This document shows positions 1 through 13,293 of a stretch of 64,000 nt of DNA, in pieces. The first letter of the stretch is position 1, and every line of letters begins with the position of its first letter. This DNA is from Phaeosaccion multiseriatum (Eukaryota > Protista > Ochrophyta, other classes), in NCBI GenBank assembly GCA_965112735.1, contig OZ218963.1, forward strand, positions 1,364,001 to 1,428,000, written 5' to 3'. The notes beneath the pieces are model-generated. The model was not told the origin of the DNA and searched no databases. It saw nothing but the letters and a program-made list of their open reading frames with translations. The translations under genes and the position numbers were made by a program.

Positions 1-62
1 GAGGAGGAGGCCATATCTGCCATTGGCATGGAATCTCTGTCCGCCCTCCCCTTGCATCATCA

Positions 63-173
63 TCACCAGGCTGCCCCTGCTTACATCACATTCATACCTT
101 CACTAGGCTGCCCCTGCTTACATCACACTCATACCTTCACCAGGCTGCCCCTGCTTACATCACATTCATACCT
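63..173. repeat. 37-bp intronic tandem repeat x3
   Basis: Unit TCACCAGGCTGCCCCTGCTTACATCACATTCATACCT in three near-identical copies. Confidence 0.9.
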
Positions 174-282
174 ACCTCCTCTCGACTGCCACTCCTGCGC
201 TTGTCCTCCCCCCCCTGGGCCATTCCCCACCCATACCATCGTCATTGGTGTTGTGCTGTTGTTGTGATGTTGTGCTCTGCAG

Positions 283-1553
283 GTGGACTTCCCCTGGCCC
301 GTTCCCTCCAAGCCCATGTTCTTCCACATCACAAATGGCGTGGAGGAGATCTCCAGTAGCGGCACTTCCTACCTCAACCGCACAGAAGCAAGGTTCGTCC
401 GCCTCATTGTGCATGTATGCATAACCGCTTCTTCGACCCCAATGGCTTCCCCTCGCGCTTCGTTTGTTTTGCCATACACACACATACATACACACATACA
501 CACACACACGCCACGCATCCATCATTTCGGACTCCCCCCTCATGACCACATCCTTTCCATCTCTCCCAATACCCAACGAGGCGTAGTGCGAGGCGTTGTG
601 CGCAGAGAGAGAGATCAATGTGCGCCTCACACCCACCCACCTCTCTCTCTCGGCCTTCTCTCTCTGCCCACCCCTCGTCGTTTTACCCACCCCGTTTCCT
701 CCCATCCAATCGCGCAGCAACGTGGAGAAGGCGGTGACCCACTTTTTGAAGAATGGCGTTACACCGGAGCAGATCGGCGTCATCACCCCTTACGAAGGGC
801 AGCGCTCCTACATTGTGTCCTACATGCAGCGCTCCGGCTCTCTACGCTCCCAGCTATACGCGGACATTGAAGTCGCTTCTGTGGACAGCTTCCAGGGCCG
901 AGAGAAGGACTTTATCATCCTCACGTGTGTGCGCTCCAACGAACACCAGGGCATTGGATTTCTCTCGGACCCGCGCCGCCTGAATGTGGCCCTCACGCGG
1001 GCAAAGTACGGCACCATCCTGGTTGGAAACCCTCGTATTTTGGCCAAGAACCCTTTGTGGAATGCCCTCATCAACTACTACAAGGAGAATGACGGGCTGG
1101 TGGAGGGCCCTCTCAACAATATGACTTCTTCGATGATGTCCTTCCCGAAGCCTCGGGGCCGGCCTGACGACCGCAGGCTGTACTTTACAGCTCTCGCTCA
1201 GGGCAACATAGACCCCAGAGCGGCGGGGGCGGGAGGACCGGGGGGGGGGATACCTTCAGGTGAGAGCGGGGGGTGGGGCAGGAGAGTACCCACCAGACAG
1301 CAAGCCGCTGCTGTTGCTGTCGGATTGAGTATGATTGTTGCTGATCTTGGGGGGGGGGGGGTGATTGTGCTTTTCGATTGTTGGGTACTCTCGCTGATAC
1401 GTCACGCCGCTGATTGACCTCATTGCTTGTCAAGACCCCCACTCCGACTGCTGCTGACAGACACACGATTCATTGTCCCCATGGCTCCCGGCTTTCTTTT
1501 TGGACGCACACAACACTCACTCACGCACACGCACACACACTCACACTCGCACG

Positions 1554-1593
<40 letters not shown>

Positions 1594-2304
1594 ATTGATT
1601 CTCCAGGCAAGATGCCGAACGGGCACCCTCAGCGCCGTTACGAGCCGATGGACAGTCGCTTCGACCCCCGCTACGACGGACTGCAAGCGGGGCCTCCGGG
1701 CCCGGGCATGTACGGCATTGGAGGCGGAGACCCTCAGGTATGTATGTACGTGTGTTCTTGTGTCTTCTCGATTAGAGTGCTCGCACCTGGCCTTACATAG
1801 CCTTACATACAACACAGATTCTTTGACGGGGTGTGTGTGGTGGGGGAGGGGGGGGAGGGGGGCAGTATGAAGACGGGTTTTCCCCATGCTTTTGTTTGCT
1901 TCCGTCTGTGTGTGTCGTTCTCAAATGAACCGCCATGTAGGTACGTACTACTAGTACTACTACATGTGTCTTACTCCCTTCCTTCTCCTCTTTTTTTCCG
2001 TCCTTCCCTCCCTCTCTTTTTTGCTCCGCTTGCGAACCCGAACCCGAACCGATTCAAACCGAACCAAAAGGCATTCGACACCATGTCCCAGGACAGCCGC
2101 GCTTCCGCCTTCTCTGGCGGCGCTTTCAGCCAAGCCACCACCACCTTCAGCACCCAAGGCCCCCTCAGCCAAGCAGGCAGCGTGTCCGGTAGAGGAGCAC
2201 GGTCCGACATGGGCTTTGGTGACGCCCGCAGTCAAGCTTCGTATGCCTACCACAACGACGACACCTCCTCCGTGGGTGGGAGGAGTGAGCGGAGCCGGTG
2301 GTGA
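283..2304 (+). CDS. UPF1: UPF1 / regulator of nonsense transcripts 1 RNA helicase, 3' part (5' exons outside window)
   Basis: Phase-consistent exons 283-392, 718-1259, 1607-1737, 2071-2304. They encode [86 protein letters not shown] and an SQ-rich C-terminal tail. Confidence 0.97.
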
Positions 2305-3651
2305 CGAGGGAGGGGGAGCGGTGAAGCATGTCGGACTCATGAGTTCGAATTGGTGTGCGGCCGGGACGGGTCGGCTGACTGGCTGACTGACTGACTGACT
2401 GACGGATGCATGGCAGCAGGGAAGCGGAACCCATCACGACTACGACGAACGAGGCCTACGACTCGACAGGGCTGCGCATTTCTGGTTTGTGGTGTGGTGC
2501 CGCTGTTGCTGCCTAAGGGCCTCAGCTCCGCCATCGCACTTTCACTTTCCCTGTCCTTGATCGTCAAGTCGACCCCGCTCATGGCAAAGAGAAGAGAATG
2601 ATGCAAAGGCGTCGCAAGCATCTTTGATGTCTTTGATGGAGTGCTTTGGCCAGGTGTCGCTGATGCTGCTACTGCTGAAGCCCCTCCTGTGCGGCTTCAG
2701 ACCACTCATCATCGATCATGGGATCTGCTTCGTTGTCGAGAGTTTGTGGATTTTGAAGGGATGGTTGAGACAAGAAAAGGCTGTGGAGGTGGACGCTGGG
2801 AAGGAAAGAACGTCGGTTTGGTCTGTCCTGAGAGCCGGCCGTGCTGTTGCCGTTGCCAGGGGTGCCAATAGGAACCGCATCGAGGGTGAGAGTGTCTCCG
2901 GAGAACGAAGTGCCCCGTGTTACTACTCGCGCTGCACTGCGTCGTTGCGGACTTTCTTTTGAGCCTTCTACTGTTGGACTCGAGACAACGAAGAGAGAGA
3001 GAGAGCGAGAGAGAAGAGAAAAGAGAGGGGGAGAGGGAACGAAGGCGCTGAAAGAGCGACCCAAAAGAGAGAGAGTGTGTGTATCTCTGACAGGAGAAGG
3101 GGACAGGAGAGGATGATGACAAGGTTAGGGTGAACTGCGAAGAGGAGCATTCTTGGGTGAGGCGGCGGGATGGATTGCACTGACGCGACAGGCGGAGTGG
3201 GGGAGGGGGGGAGGGGAGAAGGAGCAAGAGGGCGAAGGAGAGGGGGGGTTGGCAACTCCCTCAAAAGGTCACAGTCAGTGCGTGTGCGTGTGCGTGTGCG
3301 CTAACGAGACGTGCAAGTCTTGTGTAAGGGAGAGGCGGAGTAGTCGATTCCGAACCACCGGGGCAGCGGCAGGAAGGTACGAAAGGCAAACTCACTTGTC
3401 TAGTGTTTCGAAGGGCTTCGGTGGGCTAATGCAGAACGACGGGAGGATGTGTGCGGTCTGTCGACCGTGAAGGAGCGGGCACAAGACAGTTTCTGCGTTG
3501 TTTTAACACTCTACCCATACTTACCCCACTTACTGTGGCCAAGTTTAAGTCCCCGCCACATGCGCTGACACATGCTCGAGAGGCGCAACAAGCTTCTGGC
3601 AAACGTTTTGAGAGCCAAAAACAACCCCACAATACTAGTAAACTAATGATT

Positions 3652-3736
3652 CCTGACGCACTATCGCCCACATTCTCGATAGCGGATAGCGTGCCAGCTG
3701 GCGCCGGCGATAGCGGATAGCCGATAGTGCGTCAGG
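3652..3736. repeat. 85-bp mini inverted-repeat element
   Basis: Perfect 15-bp inverted repeat CCTGACGCACTATCG / CGATAGTGCGTCAGG enclosing repeated GATAGC motifs. No clear TSD. Confidence 0.6.
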
Positions 3737-3790
3737 GGTTGATGGGGTGCCTCGTCCGGAATCACTTGGGAAGCGAACAAGAAGAGTCCT

Positions 3791-4014
3791 GCTCGCTGTT
3801 TCGACCTCGAACAGCCGAGACGGTGTCAAGCACCGACTGACGCACTGGGCAAGCAGGCATTTAGGGGTGTGGAGTCGCGGTCAAGGATACACCTTCCTGG
3901 CACTCTTTTCTTGTGTCCAAGAGCTGCCTGACCGCCCCAAGACCGCAAAGGGGCCAGGGGCCAAGGAGGAGAGGAAGCGCCCACTGCCGCGATGAACTTG
4001 CTGCCCATCGTCTC
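3791..4014 (-). pseudogene. Inverted, decayed duplicate of the GAF gene last exon plus 3' flank
   Basis: Reverse complement aligns to 50041-50262 (MGSK.IAAV.ASSP.., KVYP stop and downstream sequence). It carries a frameshifting ~14-nt deletion and small duplications. Confidence 0.9.
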
Positions 4015-4393
4015 CCTCACACGAAGGTGCTCCCAATTCATGTGCTGACGTAACGAAAGCTCTACATGCCTTGTTACTCTTGGGCCGGGAAATTATTTGG
4101 CGTTTCAGCCCTGATACTTACGTAATCTTCGTATCTTTTATTTGTGCCTCCTCGTAAAAAAATTTCCTCACTCACACACTCACTCTCCCTCCCTCACTCG
4201 CTCGCCAGGGCCCGGTATTGCACGCATCGTGCCGAGGCACATCAATCACCCTACGATATCGATAGGACAACTTTTTTGGCAGAAAGAAACCTCTGCCACG
4301 CTCCGATCACCCTTCCCGTTTAAAGCGATTGTAAGTAAGGGTAAGTACGTCTTCATTACAACCCCTTTGTCTAGTCCGCGCTTTTAAGTGAAG

Positions 4394-5071
4394 TTAAGTC
4401 ACCGAGAGAAAACCCCGCGCGATGGCCAGTCTCCGCTCTATATCTGCAAGCAATGCAGCCGGGCCCTCCCGCCCCGACGGACCCATCGCAGCACTTGGTG
4501 ATACAGCGGCAGCAGCAGCAGCAGCAGCAGCAGTTGGTGATACAGCCCGAAGGGGGTCATCGGATTGCGCGTGCACGACAGCCAACATGTCCACCTTGCT
4601 CATGCCCATGAGAGCGTTGAGGTGGCGGAGGAGGGGGTGGGCAGGTAGGTCCAGGGCGTGAAACACGTTGAGCAAGTAGGATGAATCCGCGTGGAGGCGG
4701 GCGGCCCCCATCTTGCTGAAGCGCGGCACCCGCAAAGCACTGGCCAGCAGCAGACCCACCGTACCCGTCCCCACCGCCTCCAACCAGGCGTTACAAAAAG
4801 CCGCAGCGGCGGTGTCTCGCGCGTCCACCCCGCCCTCCTCCTCCTCCCCCTCGACCCCCTCGTTATTGTCGTTCTCGTCCTCCTCCTCCTCCTCCTCCTC
4901 CTCGCCGCCTCCCCCCCCGGCGCGCAGTCTGGCAGTACCGATGCCCGTCCCCTCCGCGAGTGCCCTGAGAGCAGGACCGTCCGCGTCTGTGAGTGATAGA
5001 GCGGATCCCAAATGACTTCTCCACACCGCCCCTCCCAGCGACGCTGCTGCTTGAATGAGAGCACGACAGGT

Positions 5072-5102
<31 letters not shown>

Positions 5103-5121
5103 TAGGTAGGCAGGCAGGCAG

Positions 5122-5169
<48 letters not shown>

Positions 5170-5185
5170 CAAGCAGGCAGGCAAG

Positions 5186-5217
<32 letters not shown>

Positions 5218-5658
5218 TAAGCAGCACATGGAGACGGACGGAGACACATGGGGTATGGCGGGACAAGGGGGGGGCAGGGGCTGCGAGTGGAGAGGGGTGC
5301 AGGCAAAAGGGGAAACTGAAACGAAAACTAGAAGAGGAAGGAGAGAGGATCTTCGTCGGGAATCGCAGAAGCATGTGTCGATGTCGATATCGATGTCGAC
5401 AGTCCATTCATCCTCCTGAAACTGTAAACTGGCTCATCGTGACCCGGCCCCGCCCCCCCAGCCTCCCACGCACACGACCGGACAGACTGCTGCACAGACT
5501 GCTGCCCTTCTCCACCCAGCCACCTTGCCCACCCCCACCTCCCTCTCACACGAGCGCACCTGACGTCCCATCGATGATCCGAGCAGCGTGGTCCACGGCG
5601 TCCGAAGCCGCAAAGGGCTCGAGCTGCTGCAGCAGGGACAACAGGTGCTCACCGACCT

Positions 5659-5693
<35 letters not shown>

Positions 5694-7158
5694 CATAACA
5701 TAATATGGTATGACTGTGTTAGCGTAGGTTTGTGTGGTGTAGAAAGCGGCGATGGCGAGGGCGACAGAGCGCACAGCTATAGACCATTCTAGATTCCCAT
5801 CCATACTGCTGCCGCTTGGGGGGGTAGCCATTTCAGCGCAAAGGAAGAAGGGGAAGCAAAGCAAAACAGGCCCCATTCTCTCTCCAATCTCACCTCCTCC
5901 ACCAAACGAAGGCCCCTCCCTCCCCCTTTGCCTCCTCCTTCATACCTGGGTCATGTACTCCTGAGGCAGCACGTCAGAGCTACCGTAGTCTTGATAGGCA
6001 GGCCTCTCCTCCTCCTCCCCCTCCTCCTCCCCCCAGCACGAGAGAGACGGCACCTGCAGAAGAGTGCGACGCACGAGGCCGAAGCACAGGTCGAATACAG
6101 TGTGGCGTGCCTCAGAGGCGAGGGCGGTCACTTCCCTCCCTGACCAGTCACGAGGGAGGGAGGGAGGGAGGGAGGGACGGACGGACGGACGGAGGAAGTG
6201 TGAGCGCGAGCTGAAGTCCGGTAGGGGCATGTGGGGTATGCTGACACGTATGGAGGAGGAGAGGGTGTGTGTAGGGGGGGGGGGGCGTCTTGGGTTTGGT
6301 CAGAACAGAACACTGCAAACGCCACAGACTGATTTGGGAGGCGCGGCAGTGAAAAGCAGAGTGGACACGTTTGGGGGGGGGCGGAGACCCAAGAGAGCCT
6401 CTAGGCAAGTTTTCTCCAGAGCAGATGACTGACACCGCCCCTGGTAGCCTGTGGGGCGGGCACCCGTCTGTCTACACACGCAGCACCCACGCACGCACCC
6501 ACCCACAAAGAGACACCCACGCACCCACCCACGCACCCACCCACGCACCCACCCACGCACCCACCCACGCATGAACGTACGCACCCAAGAACCCACACAC
6601 GCACACACAAAGAGACACCGACGCACATACGCACCCACGCACCCACGCACACGCACCCACGCACACGCACCCACACACGCACCCGCACCGACCTGTGGCG
6701 CTGAGCACGTCTCCCATAAGGACGGAGTCACTGAGGGTCGTAAGGGTGCTGCGAAGATCTGTCCGGCCAGGGCGGTCCTCTTCCAGTCTAAGGAAAATGA
6801 TAGAGGAGGGAGGGAGGGAGGCAGGGGGGGAGGGGGGGAGAGGGGAGCAAGGCCACGCACATGAAGGGTCTCGTACGGTCAGCAGTTTGGAGCTTTGCCC
6901 TTCCCTCCCCCATAAAACGCATGCTCACACGCACGCACGCACGCACGCACACACATACACACACGCTCTTTCTAGGGTTGTGGGTACTTGGAGGGGCCTT
7001 CCGTCGGTGTTGAGAAGGGAGGTGAGTGGGAAGGGAATGGGAAGGTGAGTGGGAAGTGAGTGGGAGAAGGGGGGGGGGCATAACGTGTATGTTGTGATGC
7101 TCGGCACGGACTGACGGTGAGAGTGGGGGTGAGGGTGAGGGTGAAGGTGAAGGTGAAG

Positions 7159-7191
<33 letters not shown>

Positions 7192-7251
7192 ATGGTGTGA
7201 GGGTGAGAGTGGGGGTGGGGGTGAGTGTGAGGGTGAGGGTGAAGGTGAGGA

Positions 7252-7299
<48 letters not shown>

Positions 7300-9169
7300 C
7301 GAGGGTGAGGATGAGGGGGAGGATGAGGGTGAGGGTAAGGGTGAGGGGGTGAAGGTGAAGGTGAGTGTGAGTATGAGGGTGAGGGTGCAGGTGAAGGTGA
7401 GTGTGAGGGTGAGGGTTGGGGTGAGTGTGAGTTACCTCAGTACGGCGAGCGCGTTCCGAAGGCGAGTGACAACGACGCTGTCAGGCGTGGCGGAGGGCGG
7501 CGACAAAGCAAGCTCCAAGGCTCTTGGAGGGGGCTCGAACAGGGGGAGTCGGGTCTGTCCGAGTGTGCTGGCGACGGCCTGAATGACCAACACGAAAAGG
7601 AAGCAACGGACAACAAGCCCAGAGAGAGAGAGAGAGAGAGCAGGACAACAGACGAGGCAAGGCAGGGGGAGAGGGACGGGGTTCGGGGTCGAAGAGGGTC
7701 GGAGGAGTGATTATTGTGTACACACGCCCACAAGCTTAAGTATGAGAGACATAATAGACGTAAGATAAGATAGGATAAGAAAAGAAGATAAGACATCAGA
7801 TAGGATGCGTTGCTGTGGCCGTGCGGTGAGGAATGAGAAGAGGGCAGCAATGTGTACACATCTGCATCACGAGGAATGAATGCACGTGAGTGCATGTAAT
7901 GTACCGCGCGGAATGAAATACACACCGCACCCCACGGAATGAAATGCACACCGCACCGCACCGCACGGAATGAACTCTCTACCCCACTCCCCGCCGTCCT
8001 TTACCTTCTCTAGGTCGTCAAAGTCACTGACACACCACCCCGCCAGCTTGAGCAACTGCAGCGCCCCTTGCAAGAACTGCCAATCGAAGTTGTGGCCATG
8101 ACCGTGGCCATGCCCATGGCTGTGGCCGTGTGCGTGTGGCTGCCCCTGGCCTTGGCCCTCTTCCTCCCCCTGACTGCGCCCCCCCCCGTCCCTTCCTCCG
8201 AAGATGGCTTCGTCCAGATCATCCGCCAAGTCCACACCGCCCTGACGCTCCTCACCCCCAGTCACTCCACTCCTCCCCGGTGCTGAGGGAGGCACACCAC
8301 CAGCTACAGCACCGATAACACCAGCGGCGGTGGCAGTGGCGGCGGAGGGCGGGTCCACAGAGCTGTTCATAGAGCCGTCCAATGAGCTGCACGAGGCTTG
8401 ACTGTCTCCGATGCCAGCCAAGTACCGCGTGCCTGTTTTGTATTGTAAAGCATGAGCAGCAGAAATGGGCGTGTACCGGACATCAGTAACAGTAGAGTAG
8501 AGCAAGTGTGAGTAAGAGTAGAGCAAGTGTGAGTAAGAGTAGAGCAAGTGTGAGTAAGAGTAGAGCAAGTGTGAGTAAGAGTAGAGCAAGTGTCAGTACA
8601 CACATACACACACACCTCTGCACGCCGCGAGAAGGCTCTGCACGTATGTGCCCATGACGTCACCAAGTACTCGAATCAGAGCACGGCCCTGAGGAGAGGG
8701 GGAGGAGGAGGAGGATTGAGGGAGGGGGGCAGGAGAGGAGTGGAAGTGGAGTAGAAGGGACGCAGGAGAGGCCCGGGTATATCCCGGTCTCTCCCTCTCT
8801 CTCTCTCTCTGTCCCGGTCCATCTCTCTCTGTCTCTGTCTGTCTCTCTCAAGTCTCTCTGTCTCTCCCTCCCTCTCTCTCTCCTTACCTGATACCCTGCG
8901 GTGAGCTCGATGCACCTCTCCAACGCCTCTCTCGCTGCATCAAAGGCCCCTCCCGAAGCTTGCACCTCCATGATTTGCTCGAGGCGGGGCAGGAAGGCCG
9001 AGTGAGGGTCAGTGGGAGGAGTACTATTGGGTCCTCCGGGGAGGGTAGGAGGGGTTTGAAGCGTCTGCAGAGGTGTTGCCAGCTGGAGGAGCAGAAGGAG
9101 CCGCAGCACAGGAGGAGCGGCAGCAGCAGCAGTAGCAACAAAAACAACAACAAGAACAACAGCAACAGC

Positions 9170-9224
<55 letters not shown>

Positions 9225-9772
9225 GCAGCAGCAGCAGCAGCAGCAGCAAGATTAGGCGGAGAATGGAGCTTTCCGCGAACGAGTGAACGGACGAAAGAGT
9301 GAGTGAAACAGATGGAACAGTGAAACAGACGAAAGAGTGAGTGAGTGAAACAGAAGAAAGATTGAGTGAAACAGACGAAAGTATGTAAATGAAATGAATT
9401 GGACGGACCTGCTTCTTGAGATAGGCTCTCTCTCGCTCGAAGTACGCATCTTGCAAGAATTGGAAGGGGGATGTAACCGTCAGTAGCACCGCCAGACGAG
9501 TCGAAGCGTCTGCGCCGCGAACCTGGCGCGTGTGAGGGGGGCAGGGTGAGAGGTAGCGACGGAGGGTGAGAGGGTGAGAGGGTGAGAGAGTGAGAGGGTG
9601 AGAGGGTGAGAGGGTGAGAGGGTGAGAGGGTGAGAGGGTGAGAGGGTGAGAGGGTGAGAGGGTGAGAGGAGGTCTCTCCATCTCTCCTCTCTTTTGCTCT
9701 CTCTCTCTCTTTTGCGCTCTCTCTCCCTCTCTCTCTCCCTCTCTTGCTCTCTCTCTCTCCCTTTTTTCCTTA

Positions 9773-9811
<39 letters not shown>

Positions 9812-11478
9812 CACCTGCTCAAGCACGAGCCCCATGAAGGCAAGTGTGGAGGTGAGGAGGGACACCGCCTCGGGCCATGAAACCGATGTAACCGACTCGC
9901 CACTCTCCAGGCGCTGCTGAAACGTCTGCAGCAGGGGCTGGAAGGTCTGAAGTAGCACCTGGCACAGCAGCTATGGAAGCAGGGTAGGAGATAAGGTAGA
10001 CACGAGTGGACAGAGGATAGGAGAGAGAGAGGGAGAGAGAGAGGGAGAGATAGAGAGAGGGACAGAGGTTGGGTGAGAGGAGGAGAAGAGGAGAGAGGAT
10101 AGAGAAGAAGGGGGGGATAAGATAGAGAAAGATGGGAGAGAGAAATGAGCGACAAAATACACATCATCCTGGTGTCCGTCCAGTCCCGACGTAGTGTACC
10201 ATATGTCAATGGGAAGGGAGTGGGAGGGGAGGAGACGGGACGGGAGAGGAGGGGACAGGCCGGGAGGGGAGGGGACGGGCGGGGCGTACTTACTTCAGGG
10301 GCCTGCTGCTCTCCGAAGATCTCCGCCGCCCTCCTTCGCTCCTCGAGTACCATGCTCTCCACCTTCATACACAGCACACGCACAGCACCGCACACATTAG
10401 AGAGACAGGAGAGTGGAGACAGGAGAGTGGAAAGTGGAGAGAGGAAAGTGGAAGAGGAGACAGGAAAGTGGAAGAGGAGAGACGAGAGAGAGATGAGAGT
10501 GGGGAGGCAGTAGAGTAGAGGGGAGGGAGGGGGAAAACAAACGAGTCGGGTGGATCGCCGAATCGCACCACAGCACCAGAACCTTCGCACGTCCTACGTC
10601 CCTCCCAAGCACTCCATTTCCTCCTCACGTGTGCCTTGCGTAACGCCCTCCCTCAGCACCCTGCCCCTCTGCCACTCTGCCACCACCATCCTCCCCCCCA
10701 CATCCCCCCCAACATGACACATGTATTCCTCTTGCTTCTTCCTTGCTCCCCTCCCTCCCTCCCTCCCTCCTTCCTTTCTTCCTTCCTTCCTTCCTTCCCA
10801 TTTCCCTCCCTCCTTCCTTCTCTTCTTCCTTCCTTCCTTGCTTCCTTCCTTCTTACACTTACATGCTCGAAAAAGTTGTGCAGCCACTCCTTAAAGCCGG
10901 CGTTGTGGGGGTTCGAATCCGAGCGCGGCGTGTACGCAAACCACAGCTTGTGCACCGCTGCAGGGCGGGCCCGAGTGTACTCCTCTTGCAACGCTCCAAG
11001 CTTGCCAAGCTTCTTGTACAGCACGACAAAGTCGGCGATGGAGGACACACGCTCCTTGGAAAGCGCTTCGAGGAGTTTGGGTTTGAGGAGGGCTTCGAGT
11101 TGGGATTGCAGGGAGAGAAGGGTCGCGGAACGCTCGTCCGCCTCGGGCATGTCCTGCGGCGGTAGAGCAGGAGACAGAACACGGGGTCTCAGAAGGGAAC
11201 GGAACAAGGATTGAACGGAATAAAGACAAAACGAGAACACCACCAACAACAACAACGACTACAATAACAGCAGCAGCAGCTGCAGCAACAACAGAAGGAC
11301 CACCAACACTTAGAAGCAACAGCTTAGATACCCAACAGCATAGCTTGGATACCGAGGGGAAGGATCCAAGCAACAAGACAACAACACGTCAAGAGAGGGC
11401 CCTCTTAGAGGTTTCCGAGCATAGACTTCTTACGCAACAGCAAATGCCCAAATTGCTCAACGAGCGTACACTCGGTCA

Positions 11479-11531
<53 letters not shown>

Positions 11532-11616
11532 GAGAGAGACAGACAGACAGAGAGAGAAGAGACAGACAGACAGACAGACGGACAGACAGAGAGAGAGACA
11601 GACAGACAGAGAGAGA

Positions 11617-11694
<78 letters not shown>

Positions 11695-11895
11695 GGACAA
11701 ACAAACTTCGAGCAGACAGACAGACGATAGTTTCGAGCTGCTGGATGCTACCGAGAGAGACAGACAGAGAGAGAGACAGACAGAAGAGACAGACAGAGAG
11801 AGACGACAGAGAGAGAGAAGAGACAGACAGAGAGATACAGACACAGAGAGAGAAGAGACAGAGAGAGACAGACAGAAGAGACAGACAGACAGAGA

Positions 11896-11942
<47 letters not shown>

Positions 11943-12058
11943 CAGATAGAGAGAGACAGACAGACAGAAGAGACACAGAGAGAGAGAGAGAGAAGAGACA
12001 GACAGAGAGAAGAGACAGACAGAGAGAGAAGAGACAGAGACAGACAGAGAGAGAGAAG

Positions 12059-12089
<31 letters not shown>

Positions 12090-13256
12090 GAAGAGACAGA
12101 CAGAGAGAGAGAGAGACAGAGAGAGAGACAGAGAGAGAGACAGAGGGAGAGAGAGAGAGGGAGAGAGAGAGACAGAGAGAGAGAGAAGAGACAGACAGAG
12201 AGAGAGAAGAGACAGACCGAGAGAGAGAGAAGAGACAGACAGAGAGAGACACGCCTTTACCCATGTGAAGCTCCGCTTGTTCACGGACTTGGAGAGAGAG
12301 AGCACCTGGAGAGCAAGCGGTGCCGCCCCCCTCTGTGCTGTGCAAGTCGCTGCTCGCGTTGCCGCATGGACGCACGGTGGTTGTGTTTGGACGTGATCAC
12401 CGACCCACTGACCCACTGACTTATTAGCCCATTGACTTAAGGACCCAACCACTCACCTTGAGTACGTCCATACTGTGCCTCATGGCCTCCAAATGCTCCG
12501 CCACACCTGCATGGGGGGATGGCAGGGGATGGCAGGGGATGGTGGTGGATGGCAGTGGATGGCCGACCACACAGCAGCAGTACAAGGGGGTAAATAGAGC
12601 CAATTAAGAGACATACCTTACACTGTCTGCGAGGTGCGCAACAGTCTAAAGCAGCGTTGGTGTGTAATAACATATCAAAAGGTGCCCCCCTTCCCTCCCC
12701 CGTGGGCCTTTCCGTCCCCTCGGTCCAATGTCAAATTTCTCCCTCCTCTTGCCGCCGTCTCCAGCCTTGTTTGCCTTCCCTTTCCCTTCTTTGCCTTCCC
12801 TATCCTTTGTTTGCTGCCCCAGTGGCCTAACCTGTGAGGTCGTCAGCGGCGAACTGGTGCTGTACTTCTCGTACGAGTTTGGACCAGCTGGCCGCTTCGG
12901 ACAGTGTGGACATGCAATGCTTCATATTGAGCTGCCACGGGGAGAGGGAGGGATGGAGGGAGGGAGGGAGGGAGGGGGAAGGAAGGAGGGAGGGAGAGGG
13001 AGAGGGAGGAAGGGAGGGAGGGGAAGGGAAGGAGGGAGGGAGGGAGGGAGAAGGAAATAGAGAGGATAGACACAGAGGGAGAGAGGGAGAGAGGAATGAG
13101 GGGCAAGACGAAGAGGGCGCGATAGCGAGAGCAACAGAGAGCATGCGGGTGAGAGGGAGGGAGAGGGAAGAGAGTGTGTATACGTGTGTGAGTATGTGTG
13201 TGGGAGAGAAAATGATGGAGCGAGAGACGTCTGACAATTCACGTCCACGAACAATC

Positions 13257-13293
<37 letters not shown>

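Noticed and set aside
6340-6470. Possible extra COG7 exon
   Set aside because: Flanking exons already join in phase and the translation shows no COG7-like character.
7128-7430. Interstitial telomere or chromosome-fusion site
   Set aside because: Units are TGAGGG (and TCAGGG at 43891) rather than TTAGGG, occur in one orientation and lie inside introns of intact genes.
10900-10930. GGTTCGAATCC tRNA T-loop/B-box-like motif
   Set aside because: No T-stem complementarity or cloverleaf, and it lies antisense within a COG7 exon.
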